The notes beneath the pieces were generated by a model that saw only the letters and a list, made by a program, of their open reading frames with translations, did not search any database and was not told where the DNA came from. Positions 1 through 12,829 of a stretch of 64,000 nucleotides of DNA are shown here, in pieces (position 1 is the first letter of the stretch; each line of letters opens with the position of its first letter). Position numbers and translations under genes: made by a program. Origin of the DNA: the human T2T-CHM13v2.0 reference genome, Homo sapiens; NCBI RefSeq assembly GCF_009914755.1, contig NC_060934.1, one strand, 5' to 3'.

Positions 1-1084
1 TATTCTACTGTTAATACTTGTGATTGCATTGTGAAATTCTTGTACTGTGTTATTCAGCTATGTCGGACCCATTAGGTTCTTTATTATACTGGCTATTTTG
101 TCTTTCAGCTCCTGTATCACTTTATTGTGATTTGTAGTTTCTTTGGATTGGGTTTTGCTGTCCTCCTGAATCTCAATGATCTTCATTCCTATACATATCC
201 TAAATTCTGTTTCTGTCATTTCAGCCAGCTCAGCCTGGATAAGCACTCTTGTTAGAGAATTTGTATGGCCATTTGGAGCACATATGACACTCTGGCCATT
301 TTAATTTTTGGAGTTCTTGCGTTAGTTCTTTCTCATCTCCATGTGTGGGTGTTCCTTTAACTGCCATATAGATTGAGTACAGTCAATAGACTTCTGGCTG
401 TTTTCACTAGGCTGAGGCCTTGTGCAGGGTCTTTTTTTGAAGCTGACTTCTTGTCTCTAGTTTCAGAGGTGAGTATGTTAGTGAGGTATTCTTGGTGTTG
501 AAGCTTTGGGGTGTGATCCAGTAGGTGGCACTTAGGCTTATTGGTCAACTGGTAGACTCTTGCTCAGTTGTGTGGCTCCTCTATGTTTTCTCATAGTTAC
601 AGCTGTGTTCACTCTCGATGCTCTGAAAGTGTGGGTTCCTCTCCCCCTTGAGTGCCAGCTGTATGGCTGTAGATTGTGGTTTGACACTCCTGGCTGCCCA
701 CTGCAGCTCTGGGGCAATGTCAGTGTTTACGTTCCTTCCTCAACTTGGCGGCAACAGAGGAAAGGACCTTAGTAGTGGTTGTGGTCAGGGGTCTTTTGCT
801 TGTATCCTGGGAGCTCCACACCAGAGAGATGTAGGTCAGCAATTCCTCAGTGCAATCACCCCAGGATGAAGGGTCTGTGCTGTGGGCTCAAGCCAGGGGT
901 TCTCTCTGGTGATGAGTGGGGGTTGGGGGTGTGGGAACCATGGGAGACGGACTGGCCTCCTCTTCTTGGGTTGATTGCAGCTTGTTGGAGGTATAAATAA
1001 GGTACTTAGGGTCTTCTCTTCTTCATTAGTCTGAGGGTAGCAAGGGCAGTTCTACTGCAGAGACAGTGGCAGAGAGGCTTTCAG
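1..1084 (-). mobile_element. Old L1 (L1PB/L1M-type) 5'UTR and ORF1 N-terminal fragment
   Basis: Minus-strand ORF 58..246 (QAELAEMTETEFRICIGMKIIEIQE...) resembles L1 ORF1p coiled-coil region; upstream GC-richer 5'UTR-like sequence. Confidence 0.65.
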
Positions 1085-1089
1085 GAACA

Positions 1090-1545
1090 GTATTTATTAA
1101 CCAATTGTTTCAACAAATATTTACTGACAATTCAACATGTACCAGACACTGTGTTAGGCAAGGGGTCTTCAATGGGCCACAAGTAGATGTGGTCCTTGAC
1201 CATGTCATTGGAGCTTAATGGGAGAGACTGATAGTAAGCAAGTAAACAAGAACAAAAAAATAAGGTAATTCAGGTTGTGACAACCTCTCTGAAGGAAATA
1301 TATAGGATGCTATAATAGTGACTAGAGCAAGGAACGGCCTAATTGAGCTAAGATAATCAGGTAGGGTGTCTGTAAGGAGTTGACATTAAGCTAACAACTA
1401 AAGAATAAGAAGCCAGCCATGTAAATAGCTTGGATAAGAGCTTTCCAGGCTGAAGGGAATGGAAATACACAGGCCTAGAGGTAAGAAGGAGATGGGTGTC
1501 TTCCGGAAACTGATAAAAAGTCAGAGTGGCTCAGCTATGCTGATA
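1090..1545 (-). mobile_element. L2 LINE 3' fragment
   Basis: caacaaatatttactga...atgtaccagacactgtgttaggc and ttccaggctgaagggaatgg resemble L2 3' consensus. Confidence 0.65.
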
Positions 1546-1572
1546 TGTCCCCTGGTATTTTTTAAGATTTTT

Positions 1573-1862
1573 GGCCGGGTACAGTGGCTCATGCCTGTAA
1601 TCCCAGCACTTTGGGAGGCCGAGGTGGGCAGATCACGAGGTCAGGAGTTCAAGACCAGCCTGACTAACATAATGAAACCCCATGTCTACTAAAAATACAA
1701 AAATTAGCTGGGTGTGGTGGCACGTGCCTGTAATCTCAGCTACTCAGAAGGCTGAGGCAGGAGAATCTCTTGAACTTGGGAGGCGGAGGTTACAGTGAGT
1801 TGCGATCGCACCACTGCACTCCAGCCTGGGTGACAGCAAGACTCCATCTCAAAAAAAAAAAA
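1573..1862 (+). mobile_element. Alu (AluS), full length
   Basis: GGCCGGG start, dimeric structure with A-rich linker, poly(A) tail. Confidence 0.95.
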
Positions 1863-2682
1863 TTAATTTTTGAGGGTATATTATAGGTGTATATATTTAT
1901 GGGGTACATGTAATATGTTGATACAGGTATTCAATATGTAATAATCACATTACGGAGAATGGAGTATTCATCACCTCAAGCATTTATTCTTTGTGTCACA
2001 AAGAGTCCCATTATACTCTTAGTTATTTTAGAAAGTACAATTAAATTATTATTGACTATAGTCACCCTGTTGTGCTATGAAATACTCGGCTGTATTCATT
2101 CTTTCCAACTATTTTTTTTGTACCCATTAACCATCCTCACCTCCCTACCCACCCCACCCCTATTACACTACCCAGCCTCTGGTAGCCATCCTTCTACTCT
2201 CTATTTTCATGTTTTCAATTGTTTTGATTTCTAGATCCAAAAATAAGTGAGAACATGTGATGTTTGTCTTTCTGTGCCTGGCTTATTTCATTTAACATAA
2301 TGACCTCCGGTTCCATCCATGTTATTGCAAATGACAAGATCTCATTCTTTTTTATGGCTGAATAGTAATCCATTGCAGATAAGTGCCACATTTTCTTTAT
2401 CCATTCCTCTGTGAATGGACACTCAGGTTGCTTCCAAATTTTGGCTGTTGTGAATAGTGCTGCAACAAACATGGGAGTGCAAATATATTTTCTATATACT
2501 GATTTCCTTTCTTTTGAGTATATACCCAGTAGATTGTTGGGTCATATGGTAACTCTATTTTTACTTTTATGAGAAACCTCCAAACTCTTCTCCATAGTGG
2601 TTGTACTAATTTACATTCTCATCAACAACATATGAGGGTTTCCTTTTCTCTACCTCCTCTCCAGCATTTGTTACTGCCCTGG
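1863..2682 (-). mobile_element. L1MA-type 3' end (ORF2 C-terminus + 3'UTR)
   Basis: ORF 2215..2472 (MFVAALFTTAKIWKQPECP...WIKKMW) is the L1 ORF2p C-terminal segment. Confidence 0.85.
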
Positions 2683-2827
2683 TGTTATTTTGCTTCTTAA
2701 GTATTAGAACTATACTTAGTGTTATATGTTCTGTGATTAGAAGTAAAACTGCCTTTGCTATATAGTATGCATAGAATATTTTAAAGTTATTACTAGAAGC
2801 TGACACATTGTTGTTTTCTATTACAAA

Positions 2828-3015
2828 CAATAAAATTAGTTTCCATTTATTGAGGGCCTGTTTCATGTTAACTGCTTTACAGATATTCCTTATCTCATTT
2901 AATTCTCCCAACAATCCTACAAGAAAGCTAATATTATCCCATTTTATAGATGAGGAAATTGAGGCTTACAGAGGGCAAGTAACTTGCCCAAAGTCACTCA
3001 GTACCAGCAAATGGA
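2828..3015 (-). mobile_element. MIR SINE
   Basis: Core cccattttatagatgaggaaattgaggc...aagtaacttgcccaaagtcac. Confidence 0.85.
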
Positions 3016-3408
3016 CTTTTTCCCCTCTCCCTGCCCCCAAATACCAGCCCCCCACTGCAAAAAAACAAAAACAAAAACAAAACAAAACTACTTCTGTAGA
3101 GCTAGTCGTCTATTTCCAAATGCAAGGCTTAAATTTTAAGCCTTGGAGTTTTCAATTTAAAGCCTTTGCCATGAAATACAGCATATTACTTTATAATAGA
3201 AAACAAATAGAAAGAGCCTTTCATGATAGATACAGTGAACACTAAATTCTTTCTTTTAGGCTGCATCTAACAATTCTCTCCTTAACCCAATAGATATTAT
3301 TTCCACAAATTAGCCCAGTTTTGATTTGGATGGCAAGACTCAAAGACAACAACAACAATAAAATCACAACTTGATTTAAAAGTTAAATTCAATAAACTGT
3401 AGAAGCAG

Positions 3409-6400
3409 CATATTAGTCTGTTCTTACACTGCTAATGAAGACATACCCGAGACTAGGTAATGTATAAAGGAAAGAGGTTTAATTGACTCACAGTTTCACA
3501 TGGCTGGGGAGGCCTCACAATCATGGTGGAAGGCTAAAGGCACGTCTTACATGGTGGCAGGCAAGAGGTCCTGTGTAGGGGAACTCCCCTTTATAAAACC
3601 ATCAGAACTTGTAAGACTTATTCACTATCATAAGAACAGCATGGAAAGAAGACACCCTCATAATTCAATTACCTCCACCAGGTCCCACAATTGATCCCAC
3701 GTGGGGATTATTATAATTCAAGGTGAGACTTGGGTGGGCATACAGAGCCAAACCATATCATCTGAAGGGGGCCAGCCCCTCCACAGCTGTGGGTATTTCT
3801 CGTCAGGTGGGATGGGGAGACTGAGAAAATAAATAAAACACAGAGACAAAGTATAGCAAAAGAACAGTGGGCCAAGGAGACCAGCGCTCCACATACAGAG
3901 GACCTGCATCGGCACCAGTCTCTGAGTTCCCTTAGTATTTATTGATTACTATTTTGATTATCTCAGCAAGGAGAATGTGGCAGGAGAACGGGGTGATAGT
4001 GGGGAGAAGGTCAGCAGGAAAACATGTGAGCAAAGGAAACTGTGTCACAAATAAGTTCAAGGGAAGGTACTATGCCTGGATGTGCATGTAGGCCAGATTT
4101 ATGCTTCTCTCCACCCAAACATCTCGGTGTAGTAAAGAGTAACAGAGCAGCATTGCCGCCAGCATATTTCATCTCCAGCCACAGGGCAGTTTTCTCCTAT
4201 CTCAGAATAGAATGAATGTATGATTGGGTTTTACACTGAGACATTCCATTCCCAGGGGCATGCAGGAGACAGAGGCCTTCCTCTTATCTCAACCACAAGA
4301 GGCCTTCTTCTTTTACTAATCTTCCTCAGCACAGACCCTTTATGGGTGTCAGGCTGGGGGACAGTCAGGTCTTTCCCTTCCCACGAGGCCGTATCTCAGG
4401 CTGCCTCAGTTGGGGGAAACCTTGGACAATACCCAGGCTTTCTTGGGCAGAGGCCCCTGAGGCTTTCCGCAGTGCATTGTGCCCCTGGTTAATCGAGAAT
4501 GGAGAATGTCAATGACTTTTACCAGCATACTGCCTGTAAACATATTGTTAACAAGGCACATTCTGCACAGCCCTAGATCCCTTAAACCTTGATTCCATAC
4601 AACACATGTTTCTGTGAGCACAGGCTTGGGGCTAAAGTTACAGATTAACAGCATCTCAAGGCAAAACAATTGTTCAGGGTACAGATCAAAATGAGTTTCT
4701 TATGTCTTCCTTTTCTACATAGACACAGGAACAGTCTGATCTCTCTTTCTTTTCCCTACAATCATTCCACCCCTGGCCCCTCTCAAATCTCATGTCCTCA
4801 CATTTCAAAAACACAATCATGCGCTTTCAACAATCCTCAAAAAACTGAACTCATTTCAGCATCAACCCAAAAGTCCAAGCCCAAAATTTCATCTGAAACA
4901 AGGCAAGTCCCTTCCACTTATGAGTCTGTAAAATCAAAAGCAAATTAGTTACATCCTAGATATAATGGGGGTATAGGCATTGCATAAATATACCCATTCC
5001 ACATGGGAGAAATTGGCCAAAACAAAGAGGTTACAGGGCCTATGCAAGTCCAAAATCCAGCGGGGCAGCCAAATCTTAACACTCTGAAATGATCTTCTTT
5101 GACTCCATGTCTCACATCCTGATGCAAGAACTGGGCGCCCATAGCCTTGGGCAGCTCCACCCCTTTGGCTTTGCAGGCTACAGCCCCTCTCCTGGCTGCT
5201 TTCATGGGCTGGCACTGAGTGTCTTTTCTAGGTGTACAGCGCAAGCTGTTAGTGTATCTACCATTCTGGGGTCTGGAGAACAGTGCCCCTCTTCTCACAG
5301 CTCCACTAGGCAGCACCCCATTGGGGACTCAGTGTGCAGGCTCCAACTCCACATTCCCCTTCTGCACTGCCATAGCAGAGGTTCTCCATGAAGGCCCTGC
5401 CCCTACAGCAAACTTCTTCTTGGACATTCAGGCATTTCCATACATCCAATGAAATTGAGACAGAGGTTTCCAAACCTTGGTTCTTGACTTCTGTGCACCC
5501 ACAGGCTCAACACCATGTGGAAGCTGCCAAGCTGCACCCTCTGAAACCACAACCCGAGCTCTACCTTGGCCCCTTTTAGCCATGGCTGGAGCGGCTAGGA
5601 TGTAGGACACCAAGTCCCTAGGTTCCTCACAGCAATGGGGCCCTGGACCTGGCCCAGGAAACCATTTTTTCCTCCTAGGTCTCCAGTCCTGTGATGGGAG
5701 AGGCTTCCAGGAAGGTCTCTGACATGCCCTAGAGACTTTTCCCCATTGTCTTGGGTATTAACATTTGGCTCCTTGTTACATGCACATTTCTGCAGCTGGC
5801 TTGAATTTCTCCTCAGAAAATGAGTTTTTCTTTTCTATCACATCATCAAGCTGCAAATTTTCCAAACTTTTATGCCCTGCTTTCCTTTTAAACATAACTT
5901 ACAATTCCAAGCCATATCTTTGTGAATAAATAAAACTGAATGCTTTTAACAGCACCCAGGTCACCTCTTGAATGCTTTGCTGCTTAGAACTTTCTTCCAC
6001 CGGATGCCCTAAATCATCTCTCTCAAGTTCAAAGTTCCACAAATCTCTAGGGCAGGGGCAAAATGCCACCAGTCTCCTTGCTAAAGCATAACAAGAGTCA
6101 CCTTTGCTTCAATTCCTAACAAACCCCTCATCTCCATCTGAGACCACCTCAGCCTGTACTTTATTGTCCATATCACTTCAGCATTTTGGTCAAAGCCATC
6201 AACAAGCCTCTAGCAAGTTCCAAACTTTCCCATACTTTTCTGTCTTCTTCTGAGTCCTCGAAGCTGTTCCAACCTCTGCCTGTTACCCAGTTCCAAAGTA
6301 GCTTCCACATTTTCTGATGTCTTTACAGCAGCACTCCACTACCCAGTACCAATTTACTGTATTAATCTGTTCCCATGTTGCTAATGAAGACATACCCGAG

Positions 6401-6711
6401 AGTGGGTAATGTGTAAAGAAAAGAGGTTTAATTGATTCACAGTTCCACATGGCTGGGGAGGCCTCGCAGTCATGGTGTAAGGCAAAAACCACATCTTACA
6501 TGGCAGCAGGCAAGAGGGCATGTGTAGGAGAACTCCCCTTTTTAAAACCATCAGATCTCATGAGACTTACTCACTATCATGAGAACAGCATGGGAAGAAA
6601 CCCCCTCCCCATGATTCAATTACCTCCCACGGGGTTCCTCCAAGAACACAAGGGGATTATTACAATTCAAGGTGAGAGACTTGGGTGGGGACACAGAGCC
6701 GAACCAGCTCA
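3409..6711 (-). mobile_element. THE1C (ERVL-MaLR) provirus: LTRs 3409-3760 and 6358-6711, internal region about 4765-6357, interrupted by LTR5
   Basis: Two similar ~350 bp LTRs (gaagacatacccgag...ggctggggaggcctc...aaaccatatca) flanking THE1-int; polypurine tract adjacent to left LTR on minus strand. Confidence 0.9.
3763..4760 (-). mobile_element. HERV-K(HML-2) solo LTR, older LTR5A/LTR5B type
   Basis: 998 bp; minus strand begins TGTAGGGAAAAGAAAGAGAGATCAGA and ends GGCTGGCCCCCTTCA; conserved GGCCTCGTGGGAAGGGAAAGACCTGAC core; 6-bp TSD ATCATC/ATCATT. Confidence 0.88.
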
Positions 6712-6796
6712 GGAGGAACTACACAACAATAAAAACAACAGAAAACGTAACATGTAACCAATAGCAACTGAAATGTTTACGTTTTTGGTGATTATA

Positions 6797-7530
6797 TCAA
6801 CATCAAAGAAATGCAAATCAAAACCACAATAAGATGCCATCTCACACCAATCAGAATGGCTATTATTACAAAGTCAAAAAATAACAGATGTTGGCAAGGC
6901 TGCAGAGAAAAGGGAATACTTATATACTGTTTGTAGGAATGTAAACTAGTTCAGCCACTGTGGAAAGCAATTTGGAGATTTCTCAAAGAATTTAAAATAG
7001 AACTACCATTTGACCCAGCAATCTCATGACTGGGTATATACCCAAAGGACAATAAATAATTTTACACAAAAGAGACATGCACTTGTATGCTAATCACAGC
7101 ACTATTCACAATAGCAAAAACGTGGAATCAACCTAGGTGTCCATCAATGGTGGATTGGATAAAGAAAATGTGGTACATATACGCCATGGAATACTATGTA
7201 GCCATAAAAAAGAATGACATTATGTCCTTTGTGGCAACATGGATGCAACTGGAGGCCATTATCCTAAGTGAATTAACACAGAAATGGAAAATCAAATACT
7301 GCATGTTCTCACTTATAAGTGGGAGCTAAACATTGGGTACACATGGACATAAAGATGGGAAAAATAGATCCTGGCAAATACTAGAGGGAGGAGAGAAGAA
7401 GGGGGCAAGGGTTGAAAAACCAACTATTGTGTATTTTTCTCACTACCTGGGTAACGGACTCAACTTCATGAAACATACCCATGTAATAAACCTGCACATG
7501 TACCCACTGATTCTAAAATAAAAGTTGAAA
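6797..7530 (+). mobile_element. L1PB-type 3' end
   Basis: ORF 7087..7329 is ORF2p C-terminus; 3'UTR ends ctaaaataaaagttgaaa. Confidence 0.85.
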
Positions 7531-8894
7531 CTATACATATTTTTTAAAGAAGCTACCTCAGTACTCTTTGTGAAAGGTGACAAGGCAGTGGAAATGGAAT
7601 GGTAAGGCGATCAGGAATTCAAAAGACATTTTTAAAGTGTAATCCTCTTGAAACAGAATGAAGAAGAAGACAAGAGGATTGGATACACATACAGGTTGCA
7701 AAGAGGGTCTGTAGCACCTCTCTCTTTTGAAATGTATAATTACACTACTGTATACCTAGGGAATGTTTCAGAGAAGAAAGATGGGGAATACAATAAATTG
7801 ACTAATTACTTGAGATTTTCTCTAGTTTTATCTGGTTTAAAAACAGTATTATAAATATATCCTAATTCAGAGGAAGTAATCAATGACGAATTATCCTATA
7901 TTCTATCTCTTCTGTATGAGACCATTCCAATATTTCTACTCTGGAGGACGCTAATAGGCTCACCCTGGAATGCCCAACTTCCTCTATACTGACTTACAAC
8001 TTTGTTCAAATCCCAAGATACATCTATGTAAATAATGCAATCAACTCTTCACATATGCAGAATGAGCTTGGCCTTTAGCAAGATGTAACAACTTAACATT
8101 ATAGGATGCTCCTATAACTCCGTCATTCATTCTTCCTAAATCAATGTCTTCCATCCTCTGAGTCCTTTCTCTTTAATTCTATTTTTGTTATTTTTCTTTG
8201 CCTTAGGTTTCACTCACTTTTATGGTAAACACTTTAGGTAATATTTTTCATGAAGGATGGATTATGAAAATAAATGATACATTGTAAGCCATTGACATGT
8301 TATACCATTGGGATAAATGATGGTAGGTAATTTTAGAGTTTCAATTTGATAAAAGGGGCTTCGCCAAATGATAAGGCTTAGCATTAAGGTATTTCAAATT
8401 GTTATATATTCAGATTTAATTTTATGAAAGTTAAGATCATGTAATATGCCTCAACCACATAAATTGATAAATTACCTTCATCTCCAGTCAACCATTTACA
8501 CCATTTTCCAAGAGATGAGTTTTAATGTAATGTGAGGCAGCTTTATTCTCTGAGTCATCTGTAGTACTTCTTGTTACTACAGCCAAAGACCTCATCAGCA
8601 TTTTCATTTTCATTATAAATTCCAAACCATCAATAAAAATTAAAAACTCAACACCAGTTTATGAAACAAGGGGGAGAAGAGAAAAATATGTATATTTTCT
8701 TGCATATTTTGGGATCGTGTATAAGAGAAAATGATTTTTTCTGCAAAGACAAGATTGAATTGGGCATTCTGAATACATGTTGTTGAGATAAGCCAAATAT
8801 TTGGTCCTAGAAGCTGAGAGGATATGATACTGAATGATTATTTAGCACTAAAGGTTTATCTTCAAAGAGGTCTTGAAATAAGAATATGTAATTA

Positions 8895-9211
8895 GGCTGG
8901 GCACAGTGGCTCACAACTGTAGTCCTAGCACTTTTGGAGGCCAAGGCAGGTGGATCACTTGAGCTCAGGAGTTGAAGACCAGACTGGGCAATATGGCAAA
9001 ACCTTGTATTTTTGTAGAAAAAGTATAAAAATTAGCCAGGTGTGGTGGTGTGTGCCTGTAGTCCCAGCTACTCAGAAAGCTGAGGTGGAAAAATTACCTG
9101 AGCCTAGTGGGGTCAAGGCTGCAGTGAGCTGTGATCAGGCCACCGCACTCCAGCCTGGGTAACAGAAAGAGTAAGACAAAGAAAAGGAAAAGGAAAAGGA
9201 AAGGAAGGAAG
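8895..9211 (+). mobile_element. AluJ with GA-rich degenerate tail
   Basis: Alu dimer; TSD aagaatatgtaatta / aagaatatacaatta. Confidence 0.9.
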
Positions 9212-9428
9212 AAGAATATACAATTAGTTTCTACTTGAGTCTTACCGGAATGCATTTTACTGAATTTCACTTATGCAAACATATACTGGCTTACAAAAAT
9301 GTATGCAACATCTTTATGAGGCAGATACTGTGTTGTGAAACACAAGAGGCAAACAATGTAGAAGATTCCTCTTTCTGTTAAGTTTATAGTCCAGAGGAGA
9401 AGAAATACATTACATATACAACCTCTAA

Positions 9429-9740
<312 letters not shown>

Positions 9741-10089
9741 CCTCATTCACTTATTTATTGACAAATGTTTACTGAGGTATTATCATATGTCAGGCATTTT
9801 TCTAGGCATTGGGAATATAGCAGTGTATGAACCTGATACTCACTGCTTTGATGGAGCGTAACTTCTGATTGTGGTAAGTACTGCAGAAGAAAATGCAGGC
9901 TGCTACAGGAACCCCTTCAACATAAAGAACTGTATGAAAATATTGTACAAAAATATGATTCAAAAATCCTAAATGAAATTCACATTATCATTTACGTGTA
10001 AGGGCAGAAGAAAATTTTTGAATATGCATGCATTTATAAATATATCCCCATGTACTCTTTTGCAGAAAACTAAAAGAACATAGAACTAG

Positions 10090-10456
<367 letters not shown>

Positions 10457-10537
10457 AATGGTAGGAATCTTATAGAGGATATGTTGAGAACAAAAGCAAC
10501 CTGAAGCCACACAGCTTAAAAAGATTAGGAACTGTTT

Positions 10538-10845
10538 GGTTGGGCATGGTGGCTCATACCTGTAATCCTAGCACTTTGGGAGGCCAAGGCAGGAAGATTA
10601 CTTGAGACCAGGAGTTCAAAACCAGTCTTGCCAACATAACAAGAATCTGTCTCTATATAAGAAGATTAAAAATTAGCTGGGCATGGTGGCATGTGCTTGT
10701 AGCCCTAGCTACTTGGGAGGCTGCGGTGGAAGGATCACTTGGGCCCAGGCATTCCAGCTTATGATTTCAGTGAGTTATGATCACAACACTGAATTCCAAC
10801 CTAATGGATGGAGAGAGACTATGTCTCTAAAAATAAAAAATAAAA
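10538..10845 (+). mobile_element. AluJ
   Basis: Diverged Alu dimer; long TSD aaaagattaggaactgt on both sides. Confidence 0.9.
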
Positions 10846-10929
10846 AGATTAGGAACTGTCTGCACTAAGATGACTTTACTATTCCAAGAAATCCTTGCCT
10901 AAGAAAGTAAAGTTGCAAATTACTTTTTT

Positions 10930-11312
10930 GTCTTGGAAACTTTCCGATCTATGTATCTGTACTCATACAGCCTCATCGGGCTAAACAGCCTTCTTTTCAG
11001 AACAGTAGATCACTCAACTGGGTTTTCAAGTGACTGTTTACCTTTCAAGGCTGGCTTTATAGGTCTTGCCTCACTGTATCCAGCAATCCAAACTTTACCC
11101 TATCCCAGTCAGGACTGCACACCTCATATTGAAAGACATACCTTAGAACCAGACTCCCCAAAGCTTACAAATATCCCACCCTTGACTCCCTTTTCTGAGG
11201 CTACTAAGATTATGTGAAGACAGTCATCTTCCTTACTGCAGTGAGCAATAAACTTGGTTTTTGTTCATCAGTAAACCATTTTGGTGGTTTCTGGAGGAGC
11301 CAGCAGTTGGCA
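10930..11312 (+). mobile_element. Probable old ERV1-class LTR (MER31-like)
   Basis: LTR-like 3' end: ttactgcagtgagcAATAAActtggt...gagccagcagttggCA; family assignment from memory only. Confidence 0.4.
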
Positions 11313-11552
11313 ATGGTTATAAATCTAAATCTAAAAGCCATGTATAAAAGACTGATGAATCTAGTAACATAAAAATAAACTGCATGATAAATATCATAAA
11401 CAAAGTCAAAAGACAACTGACAACCAGGTTAAAAACATGCTTTCAACATATATTACAGGAAAAGGGCTAATATTCCTAATATGTAAATAATTGTTAGAAA
11501 TTAAGAGATCAAGCACCCATTAGAAAAAATGGGAAAAGGGCATCAATAGACA

Positions 11553-11555
<3 letters not shown>

Positions 11556-11586
<31 letters not shown>

Positions 11587-11592
11587 ACACAC
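11556..11592. repeat. (CA)n microsatellite
   Basis: About 14 perfect CA units followed by gagacacaca. Confidence 0.95.
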
Positions 11593-11638
11593 AAATGGCT
11601 TTAACAACTCTATAGAAACAGAAAGTAGGTCATATCTT

Positions 11639-12071
11639 TGTTCTGTGAAAAGGCTGTGCACACAAAGCTATTCCCAAATGCTGAAGAAGCCCAGAAACCA
11701 AAGAAGGAAGTGAACAAATCCAGTTCGTCAGTAATGGGTGATTTATTGAGGAACTTATGGACAGAAGTGTGATCTTGGATGACTGCAAGACAGGTAGATC
11801 TCCACACTGTTATTTCCCAGACCCAAGGTTTGTGTACCATATGGAAAGGGTACACATGCTCCAGCAAAACGATTAAAGGCAACCCTCCAGAACAGGCGAA
11901 AATGCTATGTGTGTCCTAGCCTATAATTTGTGTGATAACATCAGGGTTGTTTTGATCTTATACTAGGGACAGTAAATAAAGTAGAAACCAGAAGTTATTC
12001 ATGGGACTGGGTCTAATCAGAAGTCAACATGGTGGATTAGCGTCCAAGATGGGGTGGTTTTTGTCTCCACA
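11639..12071 (-). mobile_element. LTR47A (ERVL) solo LTR
   Basis: Minus strand TGTGGAGACAAAA...CCATCTTGGACGCTAATCCACCATGTTGACTTCTGATTAG...CAGAACA; 5-bp TSD ATCTT/ACCTT. Confidence 0.75.
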
Positions 12072-12116
12072 ACCTTAACAAGGCTGTTGAAAAAGTGATC
12101 CATAAATACACATATA

Positions 12117-12816
12117 ATCACTTTTCAAAGTCAAGAAACAATAGATGCTGGCGAGGCTGTGGAGAAAAAGGAATGCTTTTACACTGTTGGTGGGAATGTA
12201 AATTAGTACAAGCATTGTGGAAGACAGTGTGGTGATTCCTCAAGGATCTAGAACCAGAAATACCATTTGACCCAGCAATCCCATTACTGTGTATATACCA
12301 AAAGGAATATAAATCATTCTATTATAAAGATACATGCATGTGTATGTTTACTGCAGCACTATTCACAGGAGCAAGGACATGGAATCAACCCAAATGTCCA
12401 TCAATGGTAGACTGGATAAAGAAAATGTGGTACATATACACCATGGAATATTATGCAACCAAAGAAAGGAAAGAGATCATGTCCTTTGCAGGGACACAGA
12501 TGAAGCTGGAAGCCATCATCCTCAGCAAACTAACACAGGAACAGAAAACCAAGCACCTCATGTTTCTCACTCATAAGTGTGAGCTGAACATTGAGAACAC
12601 ATGGACACAGGGAGGGAAATAACACACACTCGGGCCTGTCAGCGGGTTGGGAAGAGGGAGAGCATCAGGATAAATAGCTAATGCATGCAGGGCTTGATAC
12701 CTAGGTGATGGGTTAGTAGGTGCAGCAAACCACCGTGGCACACATTTACCTACGTAATAAACCTGCATGTCCTGCACATGTACCCCAGAACTTAAAATAC
12801 AATTTTTTAAAAAGAA
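12117..12816 (+). mobile_element. 5'-truncated L1PA 3' end
   Basis: ORF2 C-terminus (12338..12622), primate 3'UTR, TSD-like aaatacacatata / aaatacatatata. Confidence 0.9.
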
Positions 12817-12829
12817 AAATACATATATA

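Noticed and set aside
2606-3245. 145-aa and 102-aa ORFs
   Set aside because: They run across L1, MIR and an (AAAAC)n tract; no coherent protein features
3500-6757. Cluster of ORFs including the repeated MAGEASQSW... peptides
   Set aside because: Chance frames in THE1C LTRs, THE1-int and LTR5; the repetition reflects the two LTRs
7530-8880. Non-repeat AT-rich stretch with minus-strand donor-like motifs (about 7997 and 8475), and a similar motif near 15260
   Set aside because: Trial translation of the 8476-8660 segment gave no recognisable protein and I found no convincing acceptor-donor pairs; a lncRNA or pseudogene exon cannot be excluded without a database search
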